Origin: Thermosulfurimonas dismutans
GTDB taxonomy: Bacteria > Desulfobacterota > Thermodesulfobacteria > Thermodesulfobacteriales > Thermodesulfobacteriaceae
Reading direction: 5' to 3'
DNA: 32,000 nucleotides
Assembly (NCBI RefSeq): GCF_001652585.1
Contig: NZ_LWLG01000008.1
Coordinates: forward strand, 48,620-80,619
Shown here: positions 6,580 through 20,125 of the stretch, in pieces
Layout: each line of letters starts with the position of its first letter
How positions within the stretch are numbered: the first letter of the stretch is position 1
Program-made: the position numbers and the translations under genes
The notes under the pieces: model-generated
What the model was told of the DNA's origin: nothing
The model's input: only the letters and a program-made list of their open reading frames with translations
The model's database searches: none

Positions 6580-6609
6580 TTCTTAAAGTTATAAAGGGCC
6601 TACGGCCTT
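6580..6609 (-). terminator. Probable serS intrinsic terminator
   Basis: The hairpin AAGGCC-GTA-GGCCCTT starts 2 nt after the serS stop. It is followed by TTTATAACTTTAAG. Confidence 0.5.
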
Positions 6610-6610
6610 G

Positions 6611-9920
<3,310 letters not shown>

Positions 9921-9933
<13 letters not shown>

Positions 9934-10238
9934 TTCTCCACCAACACCCGAGCCGCTTCCTCGTGCCTAAGAGCCACGTGATAGCCTTTCACTTCATACT
10001 CCACCGGATCCTCTAGGGGAGCATAGCGAATCACCCGGACCTTGGTTCCGGGAAGGAAACCCATTTCAAGGAGCCTCTGGCGAAAAGTTCCATTTCCCAA
10101 GACCTTGACAATGATACCTTCTTCTCCAGTTTTAAGCTCCTCAAGAGTAACTAGATTTTCAAATCTAGGGCAAGTTTTCCCCTCTTCCACCGAACATCTT
10201 CTTCTCCTTCCCCATCGGAAACGCCACCGGAACCCCAT
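9921..10238 (-). CDS. feoA: FeoA family protein with an Arg-rich N-terminal extension
   Basis: The SH3-like FeoA core is LKTGEEGIIVKVLGNGTFRQRLLEMGFLPGTKVRV. The ATG lies 2 nt after the fur stop, with AAGGAGGAGGG upstream. Confidence 0.85.
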
Positions 10239-10240
10239 CT

Positions 10241-10693
10241 TTAGCCCTCCTCCTTACCCTTGCAGTTTGCGCAGTAACCCAGGATCTCGAAACGACTCAT
10301 CTTCACCTCGATCCCGTATTTTTCCGCATATTCCCGGGACACCTCTTCGAGCCTCTCATCCCGAAACTCCTCAACCCTTCGACAGGAAAGACACCGGAAA
10401 TGGGCATGGGGTTCGTGCCCATAAATGTGCTCATAGTGCATGTGCCCGTCTTCGTGATAAACCTCCTGCACTAACCCACATTCAATGAGTAGAGGAATCG
10501 TTCGATAAATGGAGGCCTTGGAGATCCGGTGCCCCTTGTTTCGGAGCCTGAGATAGAGTTCGTCCACATCGAAGTGGTCATGAATATTGAAAATCTCTCG
10601 CAATATTATCTCCCGCTCTGGAGTATAACGTAAACCTTTCTTTTTTATAAAGTTTCTAAAAATATCTAGCTCGGAAGTTTGAAGTTTTTCCAT
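10241..10693 (-). CDS. fur: Fur-family metalloregulator
   Basis: The winged helix is LRYTPEREIILREI...ISKASIYRTIPLL. Metal sites are HEDGHMHYEHIYGHEPHAHF, CLSC and CANC. Confidence 0.9.
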   Translation of the reverse strand: MEKLQTSELDIFRNFIKKKGLRYTPEREIILREIFNIHDHFDVDELYLRLRNKGHRISKASIYRTIPLLIECGLVQEVYHEDGHMHYEHIYGHEPHAHFRCLSCRRVEEFRDERLEEVSREYAEKYGIEVKMSRFEILGYCANCKGKEEG

Positions 10694-10778
10694 GACAACT
10701 TATTGCAATTTTTTTTCAGTAGAGTAATGAGGAATCCCGGGATGTCAAGGCATATTTCTAGGGTATATTGATAGGATC

Positions 10779-11753
10779 ATGCAAACTTTGGAAATAGCCC
10801 GAAGGGTTTTAAGAACAGAAATAGAGGGCCTTGAGGCCGTAGAAAGGAAGCTTGGGGCCTCGTTCGAGGCCGCGGTTGAGCTCATTCTTTCCACCCGCGG
10901 TCGGGTGGTGGTTACCGGGCTGGGAAAAAGCGGTCTAATCGGACGCAAAATTTCGGCCACCTTCTCCTCCACCGGAACCCCTTCCTTCTTTCTACATCCG
11001 GCCGAGGCCCTTCATGGTGACTTGGGTATGGTCACTAGAGACGACGTACTCCTAGCCCTCTCCAACTCTGGAAAGACCGAAGAGGTCAACCTCATCGCCT
11101 CGGTTCTCAAACGACGGGGCGTGAAGATCATTGCGCTCACGGGTAATCTTGCCTCTCCATTGGCCCGACTCTCGGATGTAGTTATCGATGTCGGAGTCCC
11201 CCGGGAAGCCTGTCCCCATGATCTGGCTCCCACCGCAAGTACTACCGCCACCTTAGCGGTAGGGGACGCTTTAGCGGTGGCTTTAGCTGAGGCCCGAGGT
11301 TTTGGCCCCGAGGACTTCCGCCGCAATCACCCGGGGGGATCCCTTGGAGAAAGACTCAAAGTACGGGTAGCGGAGATCATGCTTACCGGAGAACGGCTCC
11401 CACTTACTAGTGAGGGGACACCCCTTCAAGAAGCATTACTGGAAATGGATCGAAAGCGTCTGGGCTGTATATTGATCCTAGATCCTCAAAGAAGACTCCG
11501 GGGCATAATCACCGACGGAGATCTCAGACGGGCCCTGGTAAGACACGGAAAAGTTGAAGGCCTTACCGTGGATGAGGTCATGACCCGTGATCCCAAAAAG
11601 ATAGAAAAGGACCGTTTGGCCTCCGAGGCCCTGGATCTCATGGAAAAACATCTTATCACGGTGCTCCCGGTAGTGGACGTCGAAGGGCATCTAGTAGGCA
11701 TCCTCCATCTCCATGATATTCTAGGCAAGGGCAGTTTCAAGTTTACCGTCTGA
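10779..11753 (+). CDS. kdsD: KpsF/GutQ-family arabinose-5-phosphate isomerase (SIS + 2 CBS domains)
   Basis: VVVTGLGKSGLIGRKISATFSSTGTPSFFLHPAEALHGDLG, with C-terminal CBS repeats. Confidence 0.92.
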   Translation: MQTLEIARRVLRTEIEGLEAVERKLGASFEAAVELILSTRGRVVVTGLGKSGLIGRKISATFSSTGTPSFFLHPAEALHGDLGMVTRDDVLLALSNSGKTEEVNLIASVLKRRGVKIIALTGNLASPLARLSDVVIDVGVPREACPHDLAPTASTTATLAVGDALAVALAEARGFGPEDFRRNHPGGSLGERLKVRVAEIMLTGERLPLTSEGTPLQEALLEMDRKRLGCILILDPQRRLRGIITDGDLRRALVRHGKVEGLTVDEVMTRDPKKIEKDRLASEALDLMEKHLITVLPVVDVEGHLVGILHLHDILGKGSFKFTV

Positions 11754-11755
11754 GA

Positions 11756-12445
11756 TCACTCCCGACTTTTCGCTTTTCGCATCTCAATCTCACGCTGAAT
11801 CACATAACGAATGATCTCTTCCCTGTTTTTATCGTTGATGTGAAATTTGATCCCTAAGAGCACACCGTCTGGACTATTCTGACATCTCACCACCTCGGCT
11901 TTGGGAATCTCGATAGAACCAAACCTTCGGGTGGCAGAGAGTAGCAAATCCAAACGCCCCTCGGTTAGGATCTCTCTTTCGGGGACCTTCTGGTTGGGTT
12001 TTATAATCGCCAATCCCCCGGCACTAATATCCCTGACCTCTCCCAAAAGTTCTTCCTCTCTCCACTTGAATGAGGCCTTAGAACCCGGAGGGGTAGGCAC
12101 ACGATAGTACATTCTCCTTTCCAGACGATAAACGGCCTTGGGTTTAGTGGTATAAATGTACTTATCTTTCTTAGATTCTCTAATAATCTCCACCCGAAAG
12201 AAGTGTTCAATATTACTAGCATCCCGATAAATAACCCTAGCCGAGGCAAGGCCAGGTAGCCAGGGCCGGGGATAGTCAAAAATCAATTGCTCGTCGGTAA
12301 TATGTAGAAGAAGAGTGGGTCCGGACCGAAAGGTCCCGCTTACGAAGATTACCCAGTAGGCGGCCTCCTTGACCTCCTTCAAAAGAGCTTCAATATAGAG
12401 CGGATCGCGATTGACCTCGTAGCCTCCTTCCCAGGGTTCCCACAT
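11756..12445 (-). CDS. PilZ-domain (YcgR-like) c-di-GMP binding protein
   Basis: Carries the RxxxR motif (LERRMYYRVP) and the DxSxxG motif (RDISAGGLAI). The ATG overlaps the polA stop as TAATG at 12443-12447. Confidence 0.8.
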   Translation of the reverse strand: MWEPWEGGYEVNRDPLYIEALLKEVKEAAYWVIFVSGTFRSGPTLLLHITDEQLIFDYPRPWLPGLASARVIYRDASNIEHFFRVEIIRESKKDKYIYTTKPKAVYRLERRMYYRVPTPPGSKASFKWREEELLGEVRDISAGGLAIIKPNQKVPEREILTEGRLDLLLSATRRFGSIEIPKAEVVRCQNSPDGVLLGIKFHINDKNREEIIRYVIQREIEMRKAKSRE

Positions 12446-15039
12446 TAGGCCTTAGCCTCCGCCCAAGTTTTACCCCAAGACAGGTTAACCTTAAGGGGCA
12501 CACTTAAAGGATACACCTCCTCCATATCCTTTCGGATGATCGCCACAACCTCTTCAATCTCTTCCTCCGGGACCTCGAAAAGGAGTTCGTCGTGAACCTG
12601 AAGGATAAGCCTAGTCCTAAAGCCCCCGACCGAAAGGCTACGATCTATACGAAGCATAGCCAATTTGATTAAATCTGCGCCGGAGCCCTGTATAGGAGTA
12701 TTAATGGCCGTGCGTTCGGCAAATTCCCTCACCGCTCTTTCGCGACTTCTGATGTCCGGAATGGGACGACGCCTACCGAGAAGGGTGGTCACGTAACCCT
12801 TATCCCGGGCTTCCTCGATCATCCCTTCCATATAAGCCTTGACTCCGGGATAACGCTCAAAGTAGCGATCGATAAAGGCCTGGGCTTGCTTGTAATCAAT
12901 GTCGAGTTCCTTAGAAAGACCATAGGGACTCATACCATAGGCAATACCAAAGTTTATGACCTTAGCCAACCGCCTCATCTCCGGAGTCACTTCTTCTTCT
13001 CGGACACCAAAGATCTCGGCCGCAGTAGCGGCATGAATATCCCGGCCCTCCAGAAAGGCCTCCTTCAGGTTTTCGTCTCCGGAAAAATGCGCGAGCAATC
13101 TTAGTTCAATCTGTGAATAGTCAGCCGAAAGCAGTAACCAGCTCTCCTCAGCCACAAAGGCCCTTCTTATGGCCTCCCCCTCTTCACCTTTTATCGGGAT
13201 ATTCTGAAGGTTGGGATCGGAAGAGGAGAGACGACCGGTGGCAGTTCCCGTCTGATGAAAGGTGGTGTGCACCCTACCGGTGGCAGGATCTACTAGGCGC
13301 GGCAAGGGTTCTATATAGGTAGAAAGGAGCTTGTAAAGCGTACGATAGCGAAGAACCCTTTCTGGGAGGGGATGAAGCCTCGCAAGTTCTGACAAAACCT
13401 CCATATCGGTGGAATAACCTGTACCTTTGGGGGTCTTCTTTTTCCGGGGGAGCTTCAATTTTTCGAAAAGGATGCGGGCTAATTCTCGCCCGGAACGAAG
13501 ATTGAAAGGTTCCCCGGCAAGTCGGAAGATCTCTTCTTCAATGGTCTTGATCTCTTCTTTGAATCTCTGAGAAAGCTTTCGCAAATATGCAAGATCGACC
13601 TTAACTCCAAATCTTTCCATCTTGTAAAGGATCCTGGCCAGGGGAACCTCCACTTCAAAATACAGTTTTTCGAGTCCGGATTGAGTCAAAGCTGGTCGTA
13701 ATTCCCGGTATAGTTCCTGAAGTACGTAAGCCCTTTCGGCGGCTCCAGAACCAGTAAGTTTGGTAGAAAGCCTTACTCCAAGGTATTCCTCGGATAGAGC
13801 TTCAAGTTCATAGGTCTTCTTTACGGGTTCGAGAAGCCAAGCCGCAAGTTTGACATCAAAGAGTTCCCCAGAAGGGGAAAATTCTTCCCCCAAAAGGTGA
13901 TAGACCTCCTTGAGATCGTAAAAGATCTTTACCTTCGGACCATCCTGAGATAGGAAGTTCTTAATCTCTGAAAGGGCCTCTTCGGGCAGGTAAAAGGCCT
14001 TCTCCGGAGTGGCCACCCCCAGGACCTGTATCCGTACCTTTCCGAAGAGATCGGGAGTTTTAAAGGCGAAAAAGGCTACCCTTTCTACCTTCCGGACTTC
14101 GGCGGGAAGTTCTTTGGCCTCAAGGAGTTTTTCGGCAGGGATCTCCCGCTCCGGGGGCAACTCCGTCAGGAGTTTCTTGAATTCCAGTTTACGAAAGATG
14201 GCCCTCAATTTGTTTAAGTCTGGTTCCCGAATACGATAGGCCTCAAGATCCGCAGGCACCGGAGCCGAAGTCTCTAGTTCGATCAGTTTGCGGGAGAGAA
14301 AAGCCGCTTCTCGACCTTCCTCAAGAAGCTTGCGAATACGAGGAGGCGTCACCTCCGAAAGACGCTGATAGAGAGCTTCCACGGAACCGAAACTCTTAAT
14401 GAGTTTGGCCGCGGTCTTCTCACCGATACCCTTCACCCCGGGGATGTTGTCACTGGGGTCTCCGACAAGGGCCCTCAGCTCCGGGATCTTTTCCGGCGGA
14501 AGACCATAACGTTTCACGACTGTCTGAGGATCGATCACCTTTTCGCGCATGGGATCCCAGATGTAGACCCGTTCACTTACCAGGGCCAAGAGATCCCGAT
14601 CACCGGCGATGATGATAATAGGATTTAAAAATTTAGTGGCCAAGGTGGCGATGAGGTCATCGGCCTCATAACCGGGAACGCTTAGAAGCGAAAGACCTAG
14701 AGCCTCGGCCACCTCTCGAATATATGGAAGTTGGACCGCTAGATCTTCGGGCATGGGGGGCCGGGTGGCCTTGTATTCCCGGTAGGCCTCGTGGCGAAAA
14801 GTGGGGGCCTTCTCATCCAGACATAGAGCCAGATACTCTGGCTGAAATTCCTTGAGGACCTTAAGAAGCATACGTGTAAAGACGAAAATCGCTTTAGTCG
14901 GAAGCCCCCAAGAAGTCGAAAGATATTCTTTTACGGCATAGTGGGCCCGGTATATAAAAGAAGTTCCATCAACGAGATAAAGAACCGGGCCCTTTCCGGC
15001 TCTAGGCAAAACGATTGAGGATCCAGGTGATGATCTCAC
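12445..15039 (-). CDS. polA: DNA polymerase I
   Basis: Contains a 5' nuclease domain (LYLVDGTSFIYRAHYA), a 3'-5' exonuclease-like region, and polymerase motifs (DYSQIELR, QVHDEL). The start is uncertain: GTG 15039 or TTG 15009 (giving MPRAGKGPVLYLVDG). Confidence 0.97.
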   Translation of the reverse strand: MRSSPGSSIVLPRAGKGPVLYLVDGTSFIYRAHYAVKEYLSTSWGLPTKAIFVFTRMLLKVLKEFQPEYLALCLDEKAPTFRHEAYREYKATRPPMPEDLAVQLPYIREVAEALGLSLLSVPGYEADDLIATLATKFLNPIIIIAGDRDLLALVSERVYIWDPMREKVIDPQTVVKRYGLPPEKIPELRALVGDPSDNIPGVKGIGEKTAAKLIKSFGSVEALYQRLSEVTPPRIRKLLEEGREAAFLSRKLIELETSAPVPADLEAYRIREPDLNKLRAIFRKLEFKKLLTELPPEREIPAEKLLEAKELPAEVRKVERVAFFAFKTPDLFGKVRIQVLGVATPEKAFYLPEEALSEIKNFLSQDGPKVKIFYDLKEVYHLLGEEFSPSGELFDVKLAAWLLEPVKKTYELEALSEEYLGVRLSTKLTGSGAAERAYVLQELYRELRPALTQSGLEKLYFEVEVPLARILYKMERFGVKVDLAYLRKLSQRFKEEIKTIEEEIFRLAGEPFNLRSGRELARILFEKLKLPRKKKTPKGTGYSTDMEVLSELARLHPLPERVLRYRTLYKLLSTYIEPLPRLVDPATGRVHTTFHQTGTATGRLSSSDPNLQNIPIKGEEGEAIRRAFVAEESWLLLSADYSQIELRLLAHFSGDENLKEAFLEGRDIHAATAAEIFGVREEEVTPEMRRLAKVINFGIAYGMSPYGLSKELDIDYKQAQAFIDRYFERYPGVKAYMEGMIEEARDKGYVTTLLGRRRPIPDIRSRERAVREFAERTAINTPIQGSGADLIKLAMLRIDRSLSVGGFRTRLILQVHDELLFEVPEEEIEEVVAIIRKDMEEVYPLSVPLKVNLSWGKTWAEAKA

Positions 15040-15487
15040 TTTTGAGATTCATCTCTTCTTCAGGGGTCCTCAGGGTGAGCCATCTGAGAATCCATTTTTG
15101 CAAACGATTGAAATGGGTCTTGTTTAGCTTTTCCCCGTAGACCATCTCCAAAGCCTGCAAATACCAAAGAAAAATAGCGTGAAGGGGCATATAACGGTAT
15201 TCCAGCGTAAGGGGATAAAGGGCCTCATAAAAGGCCCGGTTAAGGAACTTCTTATCCGGCTCGCTGGAAAATTTACGAATAGTAAGACGCGAAATCCGGC
15301 CTTCTTCAGCGTCAGGAGCTTCTTGAGCCTGAAGATAAGCTAAATTTTGCTGCAATAACTCCAACCGATCCTGATGTTGCTTTATCAGGGTCTCCTGTAG
15401 AGACATCAAGGCCAGAGGATTTTCCCTTTCGCGATAGTACTTAGCTAGCTTTTGTCGCAAAACAGACTTTCGACTTCTTCCACCCAT
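15002..15487 (-). CDS. Hypothetical protein (161 aa from the preferred start)
   Basis: ATG at 15487 is preceded by AGGAGG. The track ORF begins 13 codons upstream at 15526. I recognised no motif. The 3' end overlaps the polA 5' region. Confidence 0.55.
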   Translation of the reverse strand: MGGRSRKSVLRQKLAKYYRERENPLALMSLQETLIKQHQDRLELLQQNLAYLQAQEAPDAEEGRISRLTIRKFSSEPDKKFLNRAFYEALYPLTLEYRYMPLHAIFLWYLQALEMVYGEKLNKTHFNRLQKWILRWLTLRTPEEEMNLKSEIITWILNRFA

Positions 15488-15559
15488 AAAGTGACCTCCT
15501 AGGATTCCTCTCCCCAAAAAGACCACAAAACATCGGCTTTTTCAAGGGTAAAACCCGCT

Positions 15560-16201
15560 TTAAGAGCTTCTAAAACAGAGAAGAGTGCGCAGGTCTTGGC
15601 TTTGAGGAAGCTCAAACTCGACCCGTTCCAAAAGAGGAAGGCAGAGATCTCCACCCCATGGTTCCGCGTCGTTTCGCCAGAGGTAAAAGGCCACCCCCGG
15701 CGAGGATAAGAGCCTTTTAGCATGTTTGGTGAACTTTTGCACCGAACCGTATCCTCGGGCCACCACTACCGGAAACCGCCTATCCGGCCAGCTCTTGCCC
15801 AAGTGTAACACTTCCGCGCAGATGCCCGCCAGAGAAAGCTCTCGGATCACTTCCTTTAAAAAAGCTACGCGCGGCGGGTAGGCCTCATATAAGGTAACCT
15901 CGACTTCAGGGCGCGCGAGTTTGAGAATCAGGCCTGGGATGCCCCCTCCGGTGCCTAGATCGGCCAAGGGAAAGGCCCCCGAAGGGAGTCTTGAGGCCAT
16001 GACCAGGGCCTCGAAGACCTGGGAGCACAACCGTTCGCGAATGGTTTTGACCGCGGTAAGATTAAGTTCCTCCGCCCTCTCCGCAAGGGCCCTCAAATAG
16101 ATCCATAACCGATCCCAAAAGGTCTCTACCCTAAGAGGGAGACCGTAGTCTTTAATGATATTTTCGAGTAGATACCGCCCCTCTTCCCAGGAGATCTCCA
16201 T
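15560..16201 (-). CDS. rsmG: 16S rRNA (guanine527-N7)-methyltransferase RsmG/GidB
   Basis: The SAM motif is LADLGTGGGIPGLILK. The length (213 aa) is typical for the family. Confidence 0.9.
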   Translation of the reverse strand: MEISWEEGRYLLENIIKDYGLPLRVETFWDRLWIYLRALAERAEELNLTAVKTIRERLCSQVFEALVMASRLPSGAFPLADLGTGGGIPGLILKLARPEVEVTLYEAYPPRVAFLKEVIRELSLAGICAEVLHLGKSWPDRRFPVVVARGYGSVQKFTKHAKRLLSSPGVAFYLWRNDAEPWGGDLCLPLLERVEFELPQSQDLRTLLCFRSS

Positions 16202-16202
16202 C

Positions 16203-17867
16203 CTAGGTCCGTTTACGCTCCAAAGCCGCGGCTATAAAGGAAGCAAAAAGGGGATGTGGCTCCATAGGTCGGGAACGGAATTCGGGATGAAACTGACATC
16301 CCACAAACCAGGGGTGGTCTTCCAACTCGACGATCTCTACTAGCTCTCCATCCGGGGAAAGGCCGGCAATCTTTAGACCTTTATCGGTGAGTATCTCTCG
16401 ATACTGATTGTTGAACTCGTAACGGTGCCGATGTCTCTCGAAGACCTCTTCCTGATTGTAGGCCCGGTGAGAAATAGTCCCAGGCACCAACCGACAGGGA
16501 TAGGCCCCAAGGCGCATGGTGCCACCCTTATCACACTTTTCGTCCCGAATCTCCACCCTTTGGGTCCGATAATTGAACCATTCCCGCATGAGATAGATAA
16601 CCGGATGCGGAGTATCGGGATCGAACTCCGTGGAGTTGGCCCCGGAAAGTCCGGCCACGTTCCGAGCGAATTCTACCACCGCAAGCTGCATGCCCAGACA
16701 AATCCCGAAAAAGGGTACACCATTTTCTCTGGCGTAACGAATGGCCTCCATCTTGCCCTCTGCTCCCCGATAACCAAAACCACCGGGAACCAGAACGCCA
16801 TGAGCTTCGGCGAGTTTTTCGGCTACATTATCAGGTGTGAGCTCGTCGGCACTCACATAGAGGATATTTACCTTGGACTCGTTGGCCAGTCCTCCATGGA
16901 CCAGGGCTTCGTGTAAAGATTTATAAGAATCTTTGAGGTCCACGTATTTACCCACCACAGCAATGGTGACTTCGTCCTGAGGGTTTTTATACTTCTTGAC
17001 CAGCTCCTCCCAGGATTTAAGATCCGGCTCCCGAGTCCAGATGTTCAAAAACTCGAGAACCTTCTCATCTAAACCCTCCTGATGGAAAATAAGGGGGATC
17101 TCGTAAATACAGTCCACATCCTTGGCAGTAATAACCGCGTCCTCTTCCACGTTACAAAACAGAGCGATTTTCTTTTTGACCTCCGGAGGCAAAAAACGTT
17201 CCGTACGGCAGAGAAGAATGTCCGGCTGAATGCCGATGGCCCGAAGCTCTTTTACACTGTGCTGGGTAGGCTTGGTCTTAAGCTCTCCGGCGGCCTTGAT
17301 GTAAGGCACAAAGGTAAGATGGATATAAAGGGTATTCTCTCGCCCTAGGTCGTATCGCAACTGTCTTATGGCCTCAAGGAAGGGCAGGCTTTCAATATCG
17401 CCCACCGTACCCCCGATCTCAATAATGGCCACATCCACGTCGCTTCCGGCTAGTTGTACGATGGCGGCCTTGATCTCGTCGGTCACATGGGGGATGATCT
17501 GAACCGTACCCCCTAGATAATCTCCTCGTCTCTCCTTGGTGATCACGGAATAATATATACTACCGGAGGTGTAGTTATTCCTGCGCCCCATGCGAGCGGA
17601 AGTAAAACGTTCATAATGGCCCAAATCCAGGTCGGTCTCGGCCCCGTCGTCGGTAACATAGACCTCCCCGTGCTGGAAGGGATTCATGGTCCCGGGATCT
17701 ACGTTGATATAGGGGTCGAGTTTCTGGAAGGTGACCCTCAACCCCCGGGCCTCAAGCAAGGCCCCGATAGAGGCCGAAGCCAAACCCTTACCCAAGGATG
17801 AAAGTACACCTCCGGTTATGAAAATAAACTTAGTGTGGAAACCGTGTTTCTTTCTTCTCCTAGACAT
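16203..17867 (-). CDS. pyrG: CTP synthase
   Basis: [16 protein letters not shown], plus the glutaminase domain motif GICLGMQ. Confidence 0.98.
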   Translation of the reverse strand: MSRRRKKHGFHTKFIFITGGVLSSLGKGLASASIGALLEARGLRVTFQKLDPYINVDPGTMNPFQHGEVYVTDDGAETDLDLGHYERFTSARMGRRNNYTSGSIYYSVITKERRGDYLGGTVQIIPHVTDEIKAAIVQLAGSDVDVAIIEIGGTVGDIESLPFLEAIRQLRYDLGRENTLYIHLTFVPYIKAAGELKTKPTQHSVKELRAIGIQPDILLCRTERFLPPEVKKKIALFCNVEEDAVITAKDVDCIYEIPLIFHQEGLDEKVLEFLNIWTREPDLKSWEELVKKYKNPQDEVTIAVVGKYVDLKDSYKSLHEALVHGGLANESKVNILYVSADELTPDNVAEKLAEAHGVLVPGGFGYRGAEGKMEAIRYARENGVPFFGICLGMQLAVVEFARNVAGLSGANSTEFDPDTPHPVIYLMREWFNYRTQRVEIRDEKCDKGGTMRLGAYPCRLVPGTISHRAYNQEEVFERHRHRYEFNNQYREILTDKGLKIAGLSPDGELVEIVELEDHPWFVGCQFHPEFRSRPMEPHPLFASFIAAALERKRT

Positions 17868-17870
17868 AGA

Positions 17871-18278
17871 CTACCCCTTTTGAGATGAGTTGATCACGGC
17901 CTCTCCATATACCAAACCCGATTTTACTCCTCTAAGGATCACGGAGGAAACTTTCTCCAGAGTAAACGATGGACCAAGCGAGCGCACGAAAACCGTTCCC
18001 GAAAGCTTGCCCGCCATCCATCCAATCCCTTCCCGATAATAAAGAATCACATAAACTTCCTCCTTAAGCCTCTCGGAAAGCTGGATCTGGATGATCTTGT
18101 CTTGATGATCCTTGGAAAAGAAGCTTACTCTACCGATGGACTGCTTAGAAGGTGAAGTCATCGTAAATTCTGCCAGAAGGACCCTATGTCCCCTCTCTTT
18201 GGAATACCTGGCCCAGAGAAAGGCCATAATCAAAATAACAATGAAGACCAGGTTCCAAAGAGGATTTCTTCGTTTCAA
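17871..18278 (-). CDS. Hypothetical membrane-anchored protein
   Basis: 135 aa with an N-terminal TM segment, LWNLVFIVILIMAFLWA. The stop is 3 nt from the pyrG start. I recognised no motif. Confidence 0.6.
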   Translation of the reverse strand: MKRRNPLWNLVFIVILIMAFLWARYSKERGHRVLLAEFTMTSPSKQSIGRVSFFSKDHQDKIIQIQLSERLKEEVYVILYYREGIGWMAGKLSGTVFVRSLGPSFTLEKVSSVILRGVKSGLVYGEAVINSSQKG

Positions 18279-18338
18279 GAAACTTCCCTCAAACTGGATT
18301 TTCAGGTATTTTAGCTCAAAACCTTAAGGAGAGGAAGC

Positions 18339-19058
18339 GTGGAAGAACCGGTATTCGATCCCAGGGAATTTAGCCTGGAAGATGAGATCGTATTTGCCTG
18401 TCATCCAGGGGTCCCTTGTTTCAACAAGTGCTGTTACGATGTCCATCTGGTGCTTTCCCCCTATGACTTTTTGCGGTTGAGGCGCGCCCTGGAGCTTTCT
18501 CCGGAAGAATTCGTGGAGAAATATGGAGAAGTATATATTGGAGAAGTCACTCAGCTTCCGATTGTGGCCATAAAGATGAATCCCCACGATTTCGCCTGCC
18601 CCTTTCTTAGGCCGGAAGGCTGTTCGGTCTATGCGGATCGGCCCTCGGCCTGCCGTATCTATCCTCTGGCCCGTTTCTTACGAGAAGACCCCGAAACCGG
18701 AGAGCGACAGGAAATCTACCGCATTATCCGAGAGACCCAGTGTAAGGGGCATTACGAGAAAAGACCCATTAAAGTAAAAGACTACCTCGAAGAACAGGGG
18801 CTTCCGAACTATCATTATTTCAACGACCTTTTCGGAAAGGTAGTGACCAAAAGACAACAACACGCCGAAACACCCCTTACCGCAGATCAACTTGATCTTA
18901 TCTACATCGCCTGTTACGACCTCCCCCGTTTCCGGGAAATGATTGACGCTGAGGAGATCAAGCTACCAGAAAAGCTAACCTCTAAAGACTTAGAGGACGA
19001 GGAGAGGTTGCTCGAGGCCGGCATCCAGTTTGTTCTTGAGAAGGTACTTGTCTTTTAG
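18339..19058 (+). CDS. YkgJ-family (CxxCxxCC) cysteine-cluster protein
   Basis: CHPGVPCFNKCC and FACPFLRPEGCSVYADRPSACRIYPL. GTG start with AAGGAGAGG upstream. Confidence 0.8.
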   Translation: MEEPVFDPREFSLEDEIVFACHPGVPCFNKCCYDVHLVLSPYDFLRLRRALELSPEEFVEKYGEVYIGEVTQLPIVAIKMNPHDFACPFLRPEGCSVYADRPSACRIYPLARFLREDPETGERQEIYRIIRETQCKGHYEKRPIKVKDYLEEQGLPNYHYFNDLFGKVVTKRQQHAETPLTADQLDLIYIACYDLPRFREMIDAEEIKLPEKLTSKDLEDEERLLEAGIQFVLEKVLVF

Positions 19059-20125
19059 GCCGGCTTTCGGGGCTCGTAGGTGCATAGGGGTTCGGCCTCA
19101 AGATAATCCCCGGTGGCCTCATAGGCTCGAGCCCGACATCCGCCACAGACCCTGACGTATTCACAGCGCCCACATTTACCTTTATAATCTTTAAAATTCC
19201 GCAAGTTTTGGAAGACTTCCGAACCCCACCAGATCTCCGGGAAAGACTTCTCTCGAAGGGATCCACAATTAAGCTCAAGGTATCCACAAGGCTGAACAGT
19301 TCCCTTATGGGAGATGAAACAAAAGCCCGTTCCGGCTAGACATCCCCGAGTCACAGCATCCAGCCCGAAGGTCTCCATGTCAACGGTTTTGCCTTCGGCC
19401 CGGGCCCGCTCCCGCAAGATGCGATAATAGTGCGGGGCACAGGTGGCCTTGAGATGGAGACCGGCCCGTTCTCTCTGGTCGTAGAACCAGTGCAAGGTCT
19501 TCTCATAGACTTCGGCCGGAAGGCTCTCTTCCGCTAGCTCCTTACCCCGGCCCACCGGCACCAGCAGAAAGATATGATGGGCCACGGCCCCTAATTTCTT
19601 GGCCAGTTCATGCACCTTAGGCAATTCCTCTAGGTTCTTGGCCGTAACCGTAGTGTTGATCTGGAAGGGAATACCCACCTTCTTAAGAATCTCTATGCCA
19701 CGCAGGGCCCCCTCAAAGGCTCCGGGCATTTTGCGAAAATCGTCATGGGCCTCAGGGCTGGCCCCATCGAGGCTTATGCTAGCCCGGGCAATCCCAGCTT
19801 CCTTTAGCCTGCGGGCCAACTCTTCCGTAAGAAGTGTGCCGTTGGTGGCCAATACCGGACGGAACCCCAGATTTTTGGCCTTTTCAGCAAGCGTCAACAG
19901 ATCATCCCGCAGCAAGGGTTCCCCCCCGGTGAGAATAATGATGGGTTTGCCTACCTCGGCGATTTCTTCAAGAATCCGAAGACACTCCTCGGTGGAAAGT
20001 TCGCCTTCATACGGCCCACGGGAGGCCGCCGCTCGACAGTGCACACAGTCCAGATTACACGACCGGGTAAGCTCCCAAGCGACGAGCCTCGGAACGAAGG
20101 GTTTGGTTTCGGGATGACCGGTCAT
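19055..20125 (-). CDS. Radical SAM/SPASM protein, AhbC/AhbD/NirJ-like
   Basis: The CxxxCxxC motif is TRSCNLDCVHC, followed by ILTGGEPLL. The C-terminal SPASM Cys cluster is CGRCEYVRVCGGCRARAY. Confidence 0.85.
   Translation of the reverse strand: MTGHPETKPFVPRLVAWELTRSCNLDCVHCRAAASRGPYEGELSTEECLRILEEIAEVGKPIIILTGGEPLLRDDLLTLAEKAKNLGFRPVLATNGTLLTEELARRLKEAGIARASISLDGASPEAHDDFRKMPGAFEGALRGIEILKKVGIPFQINTTVTAKNLEELPKVHELAKKLGAVAHHIFLLVPVGRGKELAEESLPAEVYEKTLHWFYDQRERAGLHLKATCAPHYYRILRERARAEGKTVDMETFGLDAVTRGCLAGTGFCFISHKGTVQPCGYLELNCGSLREKSFPEIWWGSEVFQNLRNFKDYKGKCGRCEYVRVCGGCRARAYEATGDYLEAEPLCTYEPRKPA

Noticed and set aside
10694-10778. Fur box in the fur/kdsD divergent promoter (ATTGCAAT palindrome, TTGATAGGATCA)
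   Set aside because: Only short or partial matches to the GATAATGATAATCATTATC-type consensus. I cannot support a call by eye.
19599-20117. Long antisense or alternative-frame ORFs inside well-supported genes. Examples: 19599-20117, 26973-27467, 27616-28092, 10042-10488, 5829-6197, 1675-2067, 7425-7820, 23793-24287.
   Set aside because: Each lies within a gene with strong family motifs on the other strand or frame. The products are Arg/Ser/Pro/Gly-rich and lack RBSs, which is typical of shadow ORFs.
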